From Elusimicrobiota bacterium (lineage in GTDB: Bacteria; Elusimicrobiota; Endomicrobiia; Endomicrobiales; JBDRNC01): 64,000 nucleotides of DNA. Positions within the stretch are counted from its first letter, which is position 1. Every line of letters starts with the position of its first letter. Positions 20,008-29,955 of the stretch are shown here, piece after piece. A program made the translations under genes and the position numbers. The stretch spans positions 69,039 to 133,038 of the forward strand of contig JBDRNC010000037.1 in the NCBI GenBank assembly GCA_043811535.1. The letters run 5' to 3'. The notes beneath the pieces are model-generated. The model was not told where the DNA came from. It saw nothing but the letters and a program-made list of their open reading frames with translations, and searched no databases.

Positions 20008-22911
20008 TTATTGCAGTTCAAGGTATTGAAGCATGTAGATCAGGCTTACTCTGACATCTCTGTTAGCTATAGGGGCGGTAAGCGCGCGTTTCAACAGTTT
20101 CTGCGCGGCTCCGTTCTTGCCTCTGCCGGAGTATATTTTGCTCACCTGCAGGCAGCCCATCGGGTCGAACGGCGAGATATCAAGCCCTTTTTCAAGGCAC
20201 TCCAGGCCTTTGTCCTCCATTCCCTGGTCAATGTAGAGCATGCCCAGGTGAAACCACGCGATCGCGTAGTCCGGATCGATTTTCAGCGCTTTGCGCAGCA
20301 ATTCCTCGGCTTTCAAGTGGTTGAATTGAAGGCTGTTGATGCGTCCGAGATTCGTAAGGGTCCTGGCGCTTGAGGGATTGTACTTCAATGCCTCCTGGAA
20401 GGCGGCTTCGGCCCTGTCTATGTATTTTGAGCGCATAAAACCCTCGCCGGAAAGGTTGTACAGCAGTTCCCAGTCTTTCGCGGCCGGCTCAAAGCCCGTA
20501 ATTCCTTCAGGCAGCATCGCTTTTTTTGCTTCCAGGATGCCGGAAAATATTTTTCCTATCTCGTTCCTTCTCAGATAGTTCGGCGCGGAAAACTCAAGCG
20601 TCGGCCGGTCGTCGAAATGCAGGGGCGCGCCTTCGCAGTATTTCCTGAACTCGGCGTCGTTGAGCATGAAGGTATTGGCTATGAACGTGAAAGGGTGGTT
20701 GAGCCCTATGAGGGCCATGTCCCCCTTTAACAACTGGTTATCGCGGAATATATTTGATATCTTTTCATAATCAATATTCCACGGCGAATCCGAACCGAGC
20801 ATCATCAGGTCCGTGTTGGAAGCCGCCATAAGCATGACATGCGGAAACGCCGACGCGAACGTGTTCATCACCATTTTAAAATCATCTTCGCTCATAGAAT
20901 AGATATGGAACCACTGGCAATATATGCCGCCGGGATTCAGTCTTTTTCTGCAGAGTTCGAATGATTCCCTGGTGAAAAGGCTGGATACTCCGGCGATCCA
21001 CGGGTTTGACGGTTCCGAAGCTATTATATCGTATTTTGTTTTCACCGCGGAAAGGTAGTGCCTGGCGTCGGCTATGACTACCCTGAGTTTCGGGTTGAAC
21101 TGCAGATTATGGTTGAACCCGCTGAAAAGAGGAAGGGTCTTCAGGACGGCAGGTTCAATCTCCGCGCAGAAAACCGAATCAATACTGTCGGCGACCGCAA
21201 GGGCGCCGGCGGTCATTCCGCTGCCCATTCCGATAATCATGGCCGTGGCGGCGGGTTTTCCCGGGTGCAGCAGGTACGGAAGATATGCCGTTAGAAGCTG
21301 GGCGGGGACATCGCCGGCGGTAGAGGCGTCGGTTTTTCCGTTAACACGGAGAAACCTCTCCCCCCACGGGGCCTCAAACGCCGCGATAGTGGATGATATC
21401 CCATCTTTGACGTACAGGAGCCTGTTGGTGCGCGTCTGGAGGATAAATTCGCGGAATCCCTTAGCGCCGCTGTATTCCGGGGCATATAAGAAAGCGCCGC
21501 TGTTCATGATATACGGATCCCATTTCGGCCTGAGTGCGATACCGGAAATGATAATAAGCGCGAAACAGGCGGATACAACGAGCCGGACGCGCTTGTTCAT
21601 GCCCCGGGCCATGAACAGGGCCGCGATGGACGCCGCGGCGTACAGAATAACCGCCAGCAGAAGGGTTTTTTCAATGCCTATCAAAGGCATGATCAGCAAC
21701 CCGGCGGCGGCGGAACCGGCAATGTTGCCGACGGTGTTTGCGCCGTAATAAAAACCGGTATCGGCGCCGATGCTGGATTTTCCGGGCTCAGCGGCGCTGA
21801 CAGCCCACGGGAATATCATGCCCATAAGGAATGACGGCAGGAACACGTAGGAGAAGCACAGGATGAACTGAACCAGGCGGATGAGTATATCCTGCTGGAA
21901 CGCGAAAGGAAAAAGTCTTACGAAAAAATACGGGAGAAAGTTTATGGTCGGAAGGTAGAGGAGCAGAGCGGCCGAAGTAAAAGCGAGCAAGAAGGCAAGG
22001 CCGCGCGTGTTTGCCGCGGTAAATTTTCTCAGGAATCCAAAGGCGATGCTGCCCGATGCAAGCCCTAACAGTACCGTCAGGAGCATTATCGTGAAGGAGT
22101 ACGTTGAGGAACCGAGTACAAGGGCGAAAGCCCGCGACCACGCGACCTCGCATATCATCGCGGCCGTTCCCGTGATGAACAGGATTGCCGCGGGGAAATA
22201 TTTCATGGATATTGCGTTGGTCCGCTCCGGTTCCGCCGGCGTATCCGGTATTGCGGCCGAGGCCAGCGAACGCATGTCCGGTCTTGACGCAAGGAATACT
22301 ATGCCGGCTGAGGCCAGGTTGAAGCAGCCGGCTAGCAGGAAGGTTTTGGTTATGCCGATTAATGGTATCGCGAAAAAACCCGCGACAGCAACCCCGGCGA
22401 CGCCTCCCAGAGTATTTATTCCGTAGAATATATTCAGGAACCGTTCCGGCTTACCGCTTGATGTCAGGAATGATGACCACCGCGTAAGTATTGGCAGCGT
22501 CGCGCCCATGAAAAACGCGGGAACCGCAAGTATCGGGAATGAAACGGCGAACCATGCGGCGCTTTGGGCGACCAGGGGAATATTCAGTATTCCGGCTTTC
22601 AAAACGAGAGACTGCGAGAGGTGTATGACGGGCAGTGAAAGGCAGGCCGCGGCCGCTGTAAGCACCTCGGCAAGAATGAAAAGCGGGAGAAGTTTTTCTT
22701 TTGAAAAGCTGTCGGAAAACCTGCCTCCCCAGACGCTTCCAAGGGAAAGGCCGGCCATGAATGCCGACAGCACGGCGGAAACCGCTGTCGTGGTGTTTCC
22801 GAAAACGAGCGAGAGTATTCTTACCCAGAGCGTCTCATAGACAAGCGCGGAGAAACCGGATAGAAAAAACGCGGATAGAACGGCAATGAAAGCAATAAGA
22901 CCTGAGTTCAT
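20008..22911 (-). CDS. Fused multi-TM / spermidine-synthase-like protein with C-terminal TPRs
   Basis: About 13 TM segments in two repeats, IGMGSGMT SAM-type motif, EIEP, DARHYL, YDIIASEPSNPW, then TPR-like helices. Confidence 0.88.
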   Translation of the reverse strand: MNSGLIAFIAVLSAFFLSGFSALVYETLWVRILSLVFGNTTTAVSAVLSAFMAGLSLGSVWGGRFSDSFSKEKLLPLFILAEVLTAAAACLSLPVIHLSQSLVLKAGILNIPLVAQSAAWFAVSFPILAVPAFFMGATLPILTRWSSFLTSSGKPERFLNIFYGINTLGGVAGVAVAGFFAIPLIGITKTFLLAGCFNLASAGIVFLASRPDMRSLASAAIPDTPAEPERTNAISMKYFPAAILFITGTAAMICEVAWSRAFALVLGSSTYSFTIMLLTVLLGLASGSIAFGFLRKFTAANTRGLAFLLAFTSAALLLYLPTINFLPYFFVRLFPFAFQQDILIRLVQFILCFSYVFLPSFLMGMIFPWAVSAAEPGKSSIGADTGFYYGANTVGNIAGSAAAGLLIMPLIGIEKTLLLAVILYAAASIAALFMARGMNKRVRLVVSACFALIIISGIALRPKWDPYIMNSGAFLYAPEYSGAKGFREFILQTRTNRLLYVKDGISSTIAAFEAPWGERFLRVNGKTDASTAGDVPAQLLTAYLPYLLHPGKPAATAMIIGMGSGMTAGALAVADSIDSVFCAEIEPAVLKTLPLFSGFNHNLQFNPKLRVVIADARHYLSAVKTKYDIIASEPSNPWIAGVSSLFTRESFELCRKRLNPGGIYCQWFHIYSMSEDDFKMVMNTFASAFPHVMLMAASNTDLMMLGSDSPWNIDYEKISNIFRDNQLLKGDMALIGLNHPFTFIANTFMLNDAEFRKYCEGAPLHFDDRPTLEFSAPNYLRRNEIGKIFSGILEAKKAMLPEGITGFEPAAKDWELLYNLSGEGFMRSKYIDRAEAAFQEALKYNPSSARTLTNLGRINSLQFNHLKAEELLRKALKIDPDYAIAWFHLGMLYIDQGMEDKGLECLEKGLDISPFDPMGCLQVSKIYSGRGKNGAAQKLLKRALTAPIANRDVRVSLIYMLQYLELQ

Positions 22912-22921
22912 TAATATAAGA

Positions 22922-24295
22922 TCAAGGCCAGGCCTGAGGGTCAGGGCCTATTTCCTGCCAGGATTGTTTAACAAGCACTACGTTCAACGAAGGTATTTCA
23001 AGAGTATCGTCAAAGAAGACGATGCAGCGGTCGCTTCCGACCGCCTTGTTCACCGTTCCCTCGACCCAGACTGCCCCGTTGATATCAAGCGGCCCGTTAA
23101 TTGTCAGGTTGCCACCGACATATATGAATCCCCTTACGCCCACATCGGTATTGTAGGTGGGCGGATAAGCCGATTTTCCCGCCGGCGTATTGGCCCACGT
23201 TTGATTGCCGAATTTGAACGTCGGGTTGGTTTTCTGAAGTCCGGCGTCGGCAGGATATTCGTCGGTTGCGCCGGAATCGCCGGCTGATTTGGTAATTTTG
23301 GCGTATTCCTGCCACGCGAGAGCCGGGACAGGGCCGACGTAGGAGTAATTGTCGCCGACGTCAAGCGTAAGGTTGCCGCGCGCGATCACAGTTCCGAATA
23401 TGCCGCAACCGTCGGTGCCTGTGCTGCCCGCGAGAATCACGTCGTTGTCCCAGTACCAGACGTAATTTTTGCGCGCGAGCGTATGGTTCCACGGGTTGCC
23501 GAAATGAGAGGTATGCGCTCCGCCGGTCGGGCAGGATTTTCTCGCGTCCCACGCCGCGCCTGTTTTCGTGCACCCGTAGATATTCAGAGTTTTGGTGATA
23601 GACGCGGAAGACCGCATCGACTCAAAATCAAGCACCGGCAGGTCAGGGACGTTATAGCCCGACCACCACTCAACGCCGTCGGTGTTCGGCGGGTCCAGCC
23701 CATTCGTGTCGCGCTCGTAGCCCTTTGAATTGCACGTGACTGTCTGTCTCGAATATTTTCTCGGGAAATACTGCTGGCCGGCCGCGGCGTCGGTGATGTT
23801 TATGTTGTTGTGCGACATTATCGGGCCCCAGTGCGCCTCAAAAGCGTTCGCCCAGGTTATCACGCCCCTTGAAATGACCGCGCCCGGGATTGACTGGTTC
23901 ACGTATATTGCCTGGATCGACCTGATCTCTTTAGCGTCTATGTCCATGCCTTCGGCTATGATAGTTACCTGGTTCCTGGCCGGTCCCGAGGAGTACTTGA
24001 TGCGGTAATACCCTCCGGGCATGTCGTCGTACTTGACATCAAAATTGAATCCGGGAACCACTATACCTTTGGATGCCGACCGCCATGTCGTGGTGGAACT
24101 TTTCAGTTTCCACATGCCTCTTTCTATTCCCGAATCCGCGAGGTTGAAAGCTATTGACGATTTTTGTTCCTGGACGGCCCAGAACGATTCTTGCCTTGTC
24201 CAGAACACGAGCGCGGGAACGAGGATGCCTATGACCACGAGCAACAACAGGACTATGACGAGCGTCTGCCCTTTCTGCATTCTTTTGTTTTTCAT
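22922..24295 (-). CDS. PilX-like type IV minor pilin with large C-terminal domain
   Basis: KG|QTLVIVLLLLVVIGIL class III signal without Glu5; AFNLADSGIERG PilX-type motif. Confidence 0.8.
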   Translation of the reverse strand: MKNKRMQKGQTLVIVLLLLVVIGILVPALVFWTRQESFWAVQEQKSSIAFNLADSGIERGMWKLKSSTTTWRSASKGIVVPGFNFDVKYDDMPGGYYRIKYSSGPARNQVTIIAEGMDIDAKEIRSIQAIYVNQSIPGAVISRGVITWANAFEAHWGPIMSHNNINITDAAAGQQYFPRKYSRQTVTCNSKGYERDTNGLDPPNTDGVEWWSGYNVPDLPVLDFESMRSSASITKTLNIYGCTKTGAAWDARKSCPTGGAHTSHFGNPWNHTLARKNYVWYWDNDVILAGSTGTDGCGIFGTVIARGNLTLDVGDNYSYVGPVPALAWQEYAKITKSAGDSGATDEYPADAGLQKTNPTFKFGNQTWANTPAGKSAYPPTYNTDVGVRGFIYVGGNLTINGPLDINGAVWVEGTVNKAVGSDRCIVFFDDTLEIPSLNVVLVKQSWQEIGPDPQAWP

Positions 24296-24813
24296 TCGTT
24301 CATCACCATCACTTTTTCGGAAGCCATGTGGAGCGCCTTGGTCTTGGCCTCCGGTATCTGAACCTCAAGCGTCACGGAAACGGATATCATTGAAAGGTCT
24401 TCGGAGCGCGGCGGCACAAAAGCCATGTATTTCAGGCTGCTCGTTAGTATTTTTGAAGTGCTTATCCCGGGCCCGGTCTGCGTCATGACAAGTCTTGACC
24501 CCTGCTGGTAAAAGGTATACGCCATGCCGTCTACTCTCTGGAACCTGATCCTTGAACAATAGGGCTGATTCGAGGCGAATCTGTCTATCGTTATGGAAGG
24601 AGAGGAGGCCATGCGCAGGTTCCTGTTTATAGTTGAAAGTATCAGTCTTGCCTCGCGCTGGATCTCAATTTTTTTCTGGTTGATCTTGATAAAGCGGTTA
24701 AGCTGGATGAACATCTGGGGGCCCACGGCGAAAATGATGCCTGTGATCGCGACGGTAATCATGACTTCCGTCAAAGTCATGCCCCGTCTGCCTTTTTTGT
24801 TTTTCCAGAACAT
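24292..24813 (-). CDS. PilW-like prepilin
   Basis: RRG|MTLTEVMITVAITG prepilin cleavage motif. Confidence 0.85.
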   Translation of the reverse strand: MFWKNKKGRRGMTLTEVMITVAITGIIFAVGPQMFIQLNRFIKINQKKIEIQREARLILSTINRNLRMASSPSITIDRFASNQPYCSRIRFQRVDGMAYTFYQQGSRLVMTQTGPGISTSKILTSSLKYMAFVPPRSEDLSMISVSVTLEVQIPEAKTKALHMASEKVMVMNE

Positions 24814-24852
24814 GGTTTTTTCCTTAAACTAGATACCAGATACTGTCGTAAA

Positions 24853-27408
24853 TCACCACGCAAAATCCTGTCCGGTTACCGTTCCTCCGGGTAAGATTGA
24901 AATGCCCGATCTAAGCAGAATATCAGTCGTTGTGACAAGATCTTGAATGTTCGGAACGTACGCGCGGACGTTGTAAGTAGTGTTTGTGCTGCCTCTGACC
25001 TCAAGCCGGTAAGTGCCGTCTTCGTAGCTGTTCGTGAAATAATACGCGCATCCAGTGGCCGTAAAACTGGTCAGCGTGGGCGGGCCGGTGAATGTTTCCG
25101 TGGAAGCGACCAAAAGCACGCCTGTTGAGATCGGGTCGCCGCCTCTTGAGACCGAGCCGGTTATCGCGCCGAAAGCGCCGATTATCGTGAATGTCCCCAC
25201 AAACACGTTTGAACCCGCGGTCACGAGCGCGTTCAGCGTTGTGGGAAAAGATTTCTCGCCGGAATCAAGGATAGGTTGGACGGTATATGTGCCCGTAGCA
25301 AGGTTTATTATGGTGAATTTCCCGTCGATTGCGGAGATGGTATCGCCCATGGACGCTCCCGATGAACCGAACGCGGCTATCGAAACACTCGGCAGAGGAT
25401 TTATGCCGTCGCGCGTTACATTGCCCGACACGCGTCCGCCCTGCGAAAGATAGAAATCAATGTTAGACGTGACCTGCCCGTAATAGACATTTACGGAATC
25501 CTCTACCTGGGTCACGTAAAGGGGGTTGTATTCGACATCATATGTGGGATTAGCGGTGACGTTCCACGTTCCTGACGCGCTCGGCAGGATATAACGGCCG
25601 GTATTCACGTCGGCGTTTATCTTAGAGCCGTTGGAAGCGAAGACAATGACAGCGGGATTGATAGGGATCCCCAGCGCGTTTAAAACCTTGCCCGTCACAA
25701 AACCGCATGCCGGCTCGGATGTCAGGAAAATGGAATAGACGTTAACCGAGGGCCACTTCGGAGTAGTCAGAGCATTGGGTATGGACAATATCTGTCCGTG
25801 GGAATAAATTGTTACGGTAGAGATTTCCATGGCGCGCGGGCCGCGCGCCGTGTCTGACGTTATCATGACGCGCCAGGTTCCTGTGGCGACTTCGGGCAGC
25901 CAGTACTCGGCGTAAGGATAGCTGCCGCCTTTTGTAATAGCAGTGACCGGCAATGATAAGCCGTCGTCGCAGGAAACGACAGCGCCTAAAGCCGGCGTTG
26001 CGGCGACCATTTTGCTGCTACTGTCATATTTATTGCAAGGCGGATAATTGGAATTGTAAGGCCATTGAAAGAAACAGTAATTATTATTGTCGTTATCATA
26101 GGCGCGTCCGTACCCCGGAGTCAGGGACGCAGCCGCCGTCATTCTTACATACTGCTCTCCTTCCTCGAAACCATTCGTATCCCAGCTTAATGCCTGTCCT
26201 TCGCGAATGTCGGGATACAGCACTCCCATCCCGGGGTTCTGGACCCAACCGACCCTGTCCACCCATATTCTGGTTCCTGTCGCCCAATCCACTTCGCGCA
26301 ATCCCACGCCGCCCGAGTTAGGCGATTTTATTACGCTTGCGCCGTACATCCCGCCGGTGTAGACCGCGTCTGCTGATTTTGTTGTTCCGCACATATGGAG
26401 CGTTTCCGTGTTCGCAATCAGCAAAAAGGAATTGGGAGCCACGCTTGTGCCCGGGACTACGAAGTCAGCCATAATCTGCACTTCGGGGCACCCGCTTTCC
26501 TGATAAATGAGTTCATAATTGCCGCCAGTTGTCAGGAAGTATGAAGTCGTCGGATTGTAGAACTCAATGAATTCCTGGTCAAATCCCTCAACGGTCACCG
26601 AACTCGTGACTATGTTGCTTATCACGATATGGTCATTTATCCAGGCGTATCCCCTCACGGTTCCGGAACTCATCGCCGTCAGCGCAAAATCCTGCACGGC
26701 TGTCTGATACGGTCCGATAGAGCGGAAAACACTCTTGTCAAAATATCCTCTTTTTGACGCGAGAAGAGTATAGGTTCCGTCGTAACAGCTTATGTTATAG
26801 GACCCCGTGCTGGTGGTCAGGTCCTGCCATGTCATGTTTTCCGCTATTACTACGGACGCGTCGGGGATCGGAGCTCCGGACGTGGTAAGGACCACTCCGG
26901 CAAATTCAGCGTTTGTCCTTATAGTATTGGGATTAGTGTAAATCGTCCTTAACTGCAGCATGCGCGGCTGCTCGTTCTGGGACCATATCACCGTGCAGGT
27001 TATCATTTTCATCCCGGTATCGGGTGTGGAGCCCATGTAAACAAGGTCGGTTCCGACCTCTGCCGCCATTTGGACGTAGGTCAGGCGCGTGAAGGCCACG
27101 CTCCCTTCATAGATGGTTTCGGGCGGGTAATACAATGTATCGTACGGTATGGACGGCGTGAAATCAGTTCTATAGTAAGGGACCGGGGTGACCAGGAGGC
27201 GCAGGTAGGAAACCTGCCTGAGTATCTGGAGTTTTTCCTGCGCGAGGTTTGCCGCCAGGGTTTTTGTCTTTGATACCTGGATAGATTTTGTGATGGTTCC
27301 GAATACATTTATCACCGCGAGAAAGGCCGTGCTTATAATAGCCACAGCTATCATTGTCTCCACAAGTGACACGCCGCGGGGTTTTGTGGTGCGAATTTTG
27401 GAGGCCAT
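24853..27408 (-). CDS. Giant (851 aa) PilV-like prepilin with carboxypeptidase-regulatory/Cna-B-like repeats and a lamin-tail-like domain
   Basis: PRG|VSLVETMIAVAII; repeated GxV...GxY beta-sandwich segments; IVISNI..EFIEFYNPT. Confidence 0.8.
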   Translation of the reverse strand: MASKIRTTKPRGVSLVETMIAVAIISTAFLAVINVFGTITKSIQVSKTKTLAANLAQEKLQILRQVSYLRLLVTPVPYYRTDFTPSIPYDTLYYPPETIYEGSVAFTRLTYVQMAAEVGTDLVYMGSTPDTGMKMITCTVIWSQNEQPRMLQLRTIYTNPNTIRTNAEFAGVVLTTSGAPIPDASVVIAENMTWQDLTTSTGSYNISCYDGTYTLLASKRGYFDKSVFRSIGPYQTAVQDFALTAMSSGTVRGYAWINDHIVISNIVTSSVTVEGFDQEFIEFYNPTTSYFLTTGGNYELIYQESGCPEVQIMADFVVPGTSVAPNSFLLIANTETLHMCGTTKSADAVYTGGMYGASVIKSPNSGGVGLREVDWATGTRIWVDRVGWVQNPGMGVLYPDIREGQALSWDTNGFEEGEQYVRMTAAASLTPGYGRAYDNDNNNYCFFQWPYNSNYPPCNKYDSSSKMVAATPALGAVVSCDDGLSLPVTAITKGGSYPYAEYWLPEVATGTWRVMITSDTARGPRAMEISTVTIYSHGQILSIPNALTTPKWPSVNVYSIFLTSEPACGFVTGKVLNALGIPINPAVIVFASNGSKINADVNTGRYILPSASGTWNVTANPTYDVEYNPLYVTQVEDSVNVYYGQVTSNIDFYLSQGGRVSGNVTRDGINPLPSVSIAAFGSSGASMGDTISAIDGKFTIINLATGTYTVQPILDSGEKSFPTTLNALVTAGSNVFVGTFTIIGAFGAITGSVSRGGDPISTGVLLVASTETFTGPPTLTSFTATGCAYYFTNSYEDGTYRLEVRGSTNTTYNVRAYVPNIQDLVTTTDILLRSGISILPGGTVTGQDFAW

Positions 27409-27449
27409 TGGAGATATCCGTTATAAAAAAAGTCCTTCTTTTCACTTTA

Positions 27450-27478
27450 ACTATAACAAGAAATTGTTTAATTGTCAA
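27450..27478 (-). promoter_or_regulatory. Sigma70-type promoter of the pilin operon
   Basis: TTGACA-17-TATAGT on the minus strand. Confidence 0.7.
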
Positions 27479-27547
27479 GGTGATTTAAGTCCGGAAGTTG
27501 GCGGCTTGAAAGCGGTGAAATCCGCGCTATTAAATAAATAAATAATC

Positions 27548-27577
27548 TTGAATTATAAATGCTTTTTTTGATATAAT
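27548..27577 (+). promoter_or_regulatory. Extended -10 promoter, probably giving a leaderless mRNA
   Basis: TTGAAT-18-TATAAT with TG at the extended -10 position; ATG 7 nt downstream. Confidence 0.6.
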
Positions 27578-27584
27578 CTCTATC

Positions 27585-29198
27585 ATGCGTGAAATACTCC
27601 GAATGTTTGTTCTTCTTTCATGTTGTTTGACGTTTTTTTCAGCTGTCTTTGCCGAAACAAAAAAAATAATCGTTATCGCGGACTGGGGGGCGAAAGGCGT
27701 CCCCGATGATATTATAGGTATAGCTGAAAAATACCCTAAACTGAAGTTTGCGTTTGCATGGCGGGCGGACGCGAAAATCTCGGAAAAAGTCCTGAGCCTC
27801 GTTCAAAACGGCCGGCTGGAGCCGGTGCTGGCGCTTCAAAACGAACCGGCAATGCCGTTGGTCTACAAAACCGTTATTTCGACGCCGTTTGCCGCTGATT
27901 TTTCGTGGCCGGACGACATTTGGCAGGCTGTTGTCGCGGCCCAGCAGGAGTTCCGCTCGGCGTGGGGAAAAGATCCGGGCGGGCTGTATTTAAGGTCGGG
28001 AATGGTTTCCGAGCATGTCGCCGAGGGCTTGAGAAAACTGGGTGTGAACTGGCTCAACATAGTTGCGTCGGGCGCGGTCCAGCAGGTTTCAAAATACGGC
28101 GATCAGATAATTTTCACCGATAATTGCGCCGATTTTCCGGACGCGGAGAAATACCTGCAATTTGTTTCAAGCGGACAGCTGAGATATTCGGCGCTGTTTT
28201 TCGGACTTTCGGCCCCTGTCAAGAAGGATTTTCTGGCCGAGCTTGCCGCCGGAATTGAGAATACCGCGGACGCGGAAATGATACTGCCGCAGGATGTCCT
28301 GTCGATCGCGAAAGACGAGATACCGGATATCCGCAGGCAGGAACTTAATCCGGATGTTTCACGCTGGAAGAAAAATCCGGTTATCTGGCAGAGGCTTTAT
28401 AAGGCGCGGACAGCTTTGGAGGAATACAAGAATTCGGGCTTCGCGCAAGTCCCGGTGTTGGATGCCCTTCGCGGCGAGATGTTGAATCTTTACAGGTATG
28501 ATTTTCTGTTACAGCTCAATCAAAGCCCGGACGGGCCGGAAGAACAGATGTTCCAGGCGGGTATTTCGAATATTTATCGCCTTATTAAGAAACCTTTGCC
28601 GCCGGAAATGACCGAATCGCTGTCCATTCAGACGTTTTCTCTCTCGGGACAGTCGTTTTCGCTCGAAAGTTCTTCGGAAAAAGTCATATTATTCAATTCC
28701 CGCGGCGCCGAAGGACTGGCGGGAATCAGCAGTTTCGAGGTCAGGGTCACGACAAGAAACGTCATATACGGCGTTACGCTTGCCAGCGGCGCCGTGGAAA
28801 GCGAAACCGTTATAGATATTTACATAGACATGAATAATAAAAGGAACGCGGGTTTTACAAAGATGCTGCAAGGGCTGGAGGCCTACCTGAAACCGCAGGA
28901 CGCGTGGGAATTTGCCGTGCGGGTGGAGAACGGCGAAGTAAAACTTTACAGGTCCGGCAGGCTTACTCCCGCCCTTGCCAAAAAAGAAAAGCTTCTGCAG
29001 AACTACAGGATCGTGATACCAAGGTCATTGCTGAGGGGAGATCCTTTCAAGTGGAGATACCAGGTTATATTAGCGGCGAAAAAAGACCCTTTGCTGCCGA
29101 TGTCGATAGAAGATTTTCTATGTCCGGAGAACCTGCGCTATGAAAGGCTTCTGGAGAGAATACCGGTTGAGCTCCCGGCTATCAAACTTTCGCGCTGA
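27585..29198 (+). CDS. Secreted degenerate GH57-like protein with glucodextranase-C-like domain
   Basis: Signal peptide; GRLE..EPAMPL..WPDD..WGKDPGGLYLRSGMVS resembles GH57 conserved regions; DIYIDMNN..G..AWEFA C-terminal domain. Confidence 0.6.
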   Translation: MREILRMFVLLSCCLTFFSAVFAETKKIIVIADWGAKGVPDDIIGIAEKYPKLKFAFAWRADAKISEKVLSLVQNGRLEPVLALQNEPAMPLVYKTVISTPFAADFSWPDDIWQAVVAAQQEFRSAWGKDPGGLYLRSGMVSEHVAEGLRKLGVNWLNIVASGAVQQVSKYGDQIIFTDNCADFPDAEKYLQFVSSGQLRYSALFFGLSAPVKKDFLAELAAGIENTADAEMILPQDVLSIAKDEIPDIRRQELNPDVSRWKKNPVIWQRLYKARTALEEYKNSGFAQVPVLDALRGEMLNLYRYDFLLQLNQSPDGPEEQMFQAGISNIYRLIKKPLPPEMTESLSIQTFSLSGQSFSLESSSEKVILFNSRGAEGLAGISSFEVRVTTRNVIYGVTLASGAVESETVIDIYIDMNNKRNAGFTKMLQGLEAYLKPQDAWEFAVRVENGEVKLYRSGRLTPALAKKEKLLQNYRIVIPRSLLRGDPFKWRYQVILAAKKDPLLPMSIEDFLCPENLRYERLLERIPVELPAIKLSR

Positions 29199-29204
29199 TG
29201 CCTA

Positions 29205-29232
29205 TTGACAGATGCGAAAAAGGTGTTATAAT
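29205..29232 (+). promoter_or_regulatory. Sigma70-type promoter of the response-regulator pair
   Basis: TTGACA-16-TATAAT with TG at the extended -10 position. Confidence 0.65.
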
Positions 29233-29260
29233 TAAATAAGTCAGTTGAATTACGGTTATA

Positions 29261-29935
29261 ATGGCAAAAAAAATACTTCTTATCACAGATGACGCGAAAA
29301 ACCTGAAACAGATCGAACAGGCTCTGGCAGCTGAAGGATTTGAGCTTGACGTGGCGATTTCTTCGCAGGAAGGGATTTTAAGGGCTACCACGGGGAATCC
29401 CCTCGCAGTGATACTTAAAAGCGGGGAATTTTCGCACGATTCATACATCAAACAGTTGAAACACGCGACGGAACAGTCCGGGACTCCCGTTGTCGTGGCT
29501 TCATCGGATGCCGGATGGCCTGAATCGGTTCTTAAAGCCGTGAAAAAGGCGCTGACGCCTCACAGGATTCTGATAGCCGAAGATGACCGCCAGATGGCCG
29601 AGATATTGAAGTCGGTTTTGAGCCACAGCGGATACGAGGTCAGGATGACGTTCGACGGGGCCGAGACGCTGAAAGAAATTAAATCCTGGAGCCCGCATTT
29701 GATGGTTCTTGATATAATGCTTCCCGTGATGGACGGGTTTCACGTGTGCCAGGCGGTTTCGGAAGACCATACGATCGAACCCAAACCGCGGGTCCTTATA
29801 ATTTCGGGGCGCGGCAGCGAATGGGACCAGAGCCTCGGAAGCGCCTGCGGCGCGGAAGATTATCTTGTGAAGCCGTTCACCAATGCCGTTTTTCTGGAAA
29901 AAGTGAACGGTATTTTTTCCGATATAAATATTTAA
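29261..29935 (+). CDS. Tandem receiver-domain protein (first REC degenerate)
   Basis: Second REC has ILIAEDD, VLDIMLP, YLVKPF; first REC has Lys at the phospho-Asp position (LAVILKSG). Confidence 0.88.
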   Translation: MAKKILLITDDAKNLKQIEQALAAEGFELDVAISSQEGILRATTGNPLAVILKSGEFSHDSYIKQLKHATEQSGTPVVVASSDAGWPESVLKAVKKALTPHRILIAEDDRQMAEILKSVLSHSGYEVRMTFDGAETLKEIKSWSPHLMVLDIMLPVMDGFHVCQAVSEDHTIEPKPRVLIISGRGSEWDQSLGSACGAEDYLVKPFTNAVFLEKVNGIFSDINI

Positions 29936-29955
29936 GAAACTCAAGAAAGGACTTT

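Noticed and set aside
29746..29955. N-terminal extension of the REC-GGDEF ORF
   Set aside because: It overlaps the upstream gene; the REC domain and ribosome-binding site point to ATG 29956.
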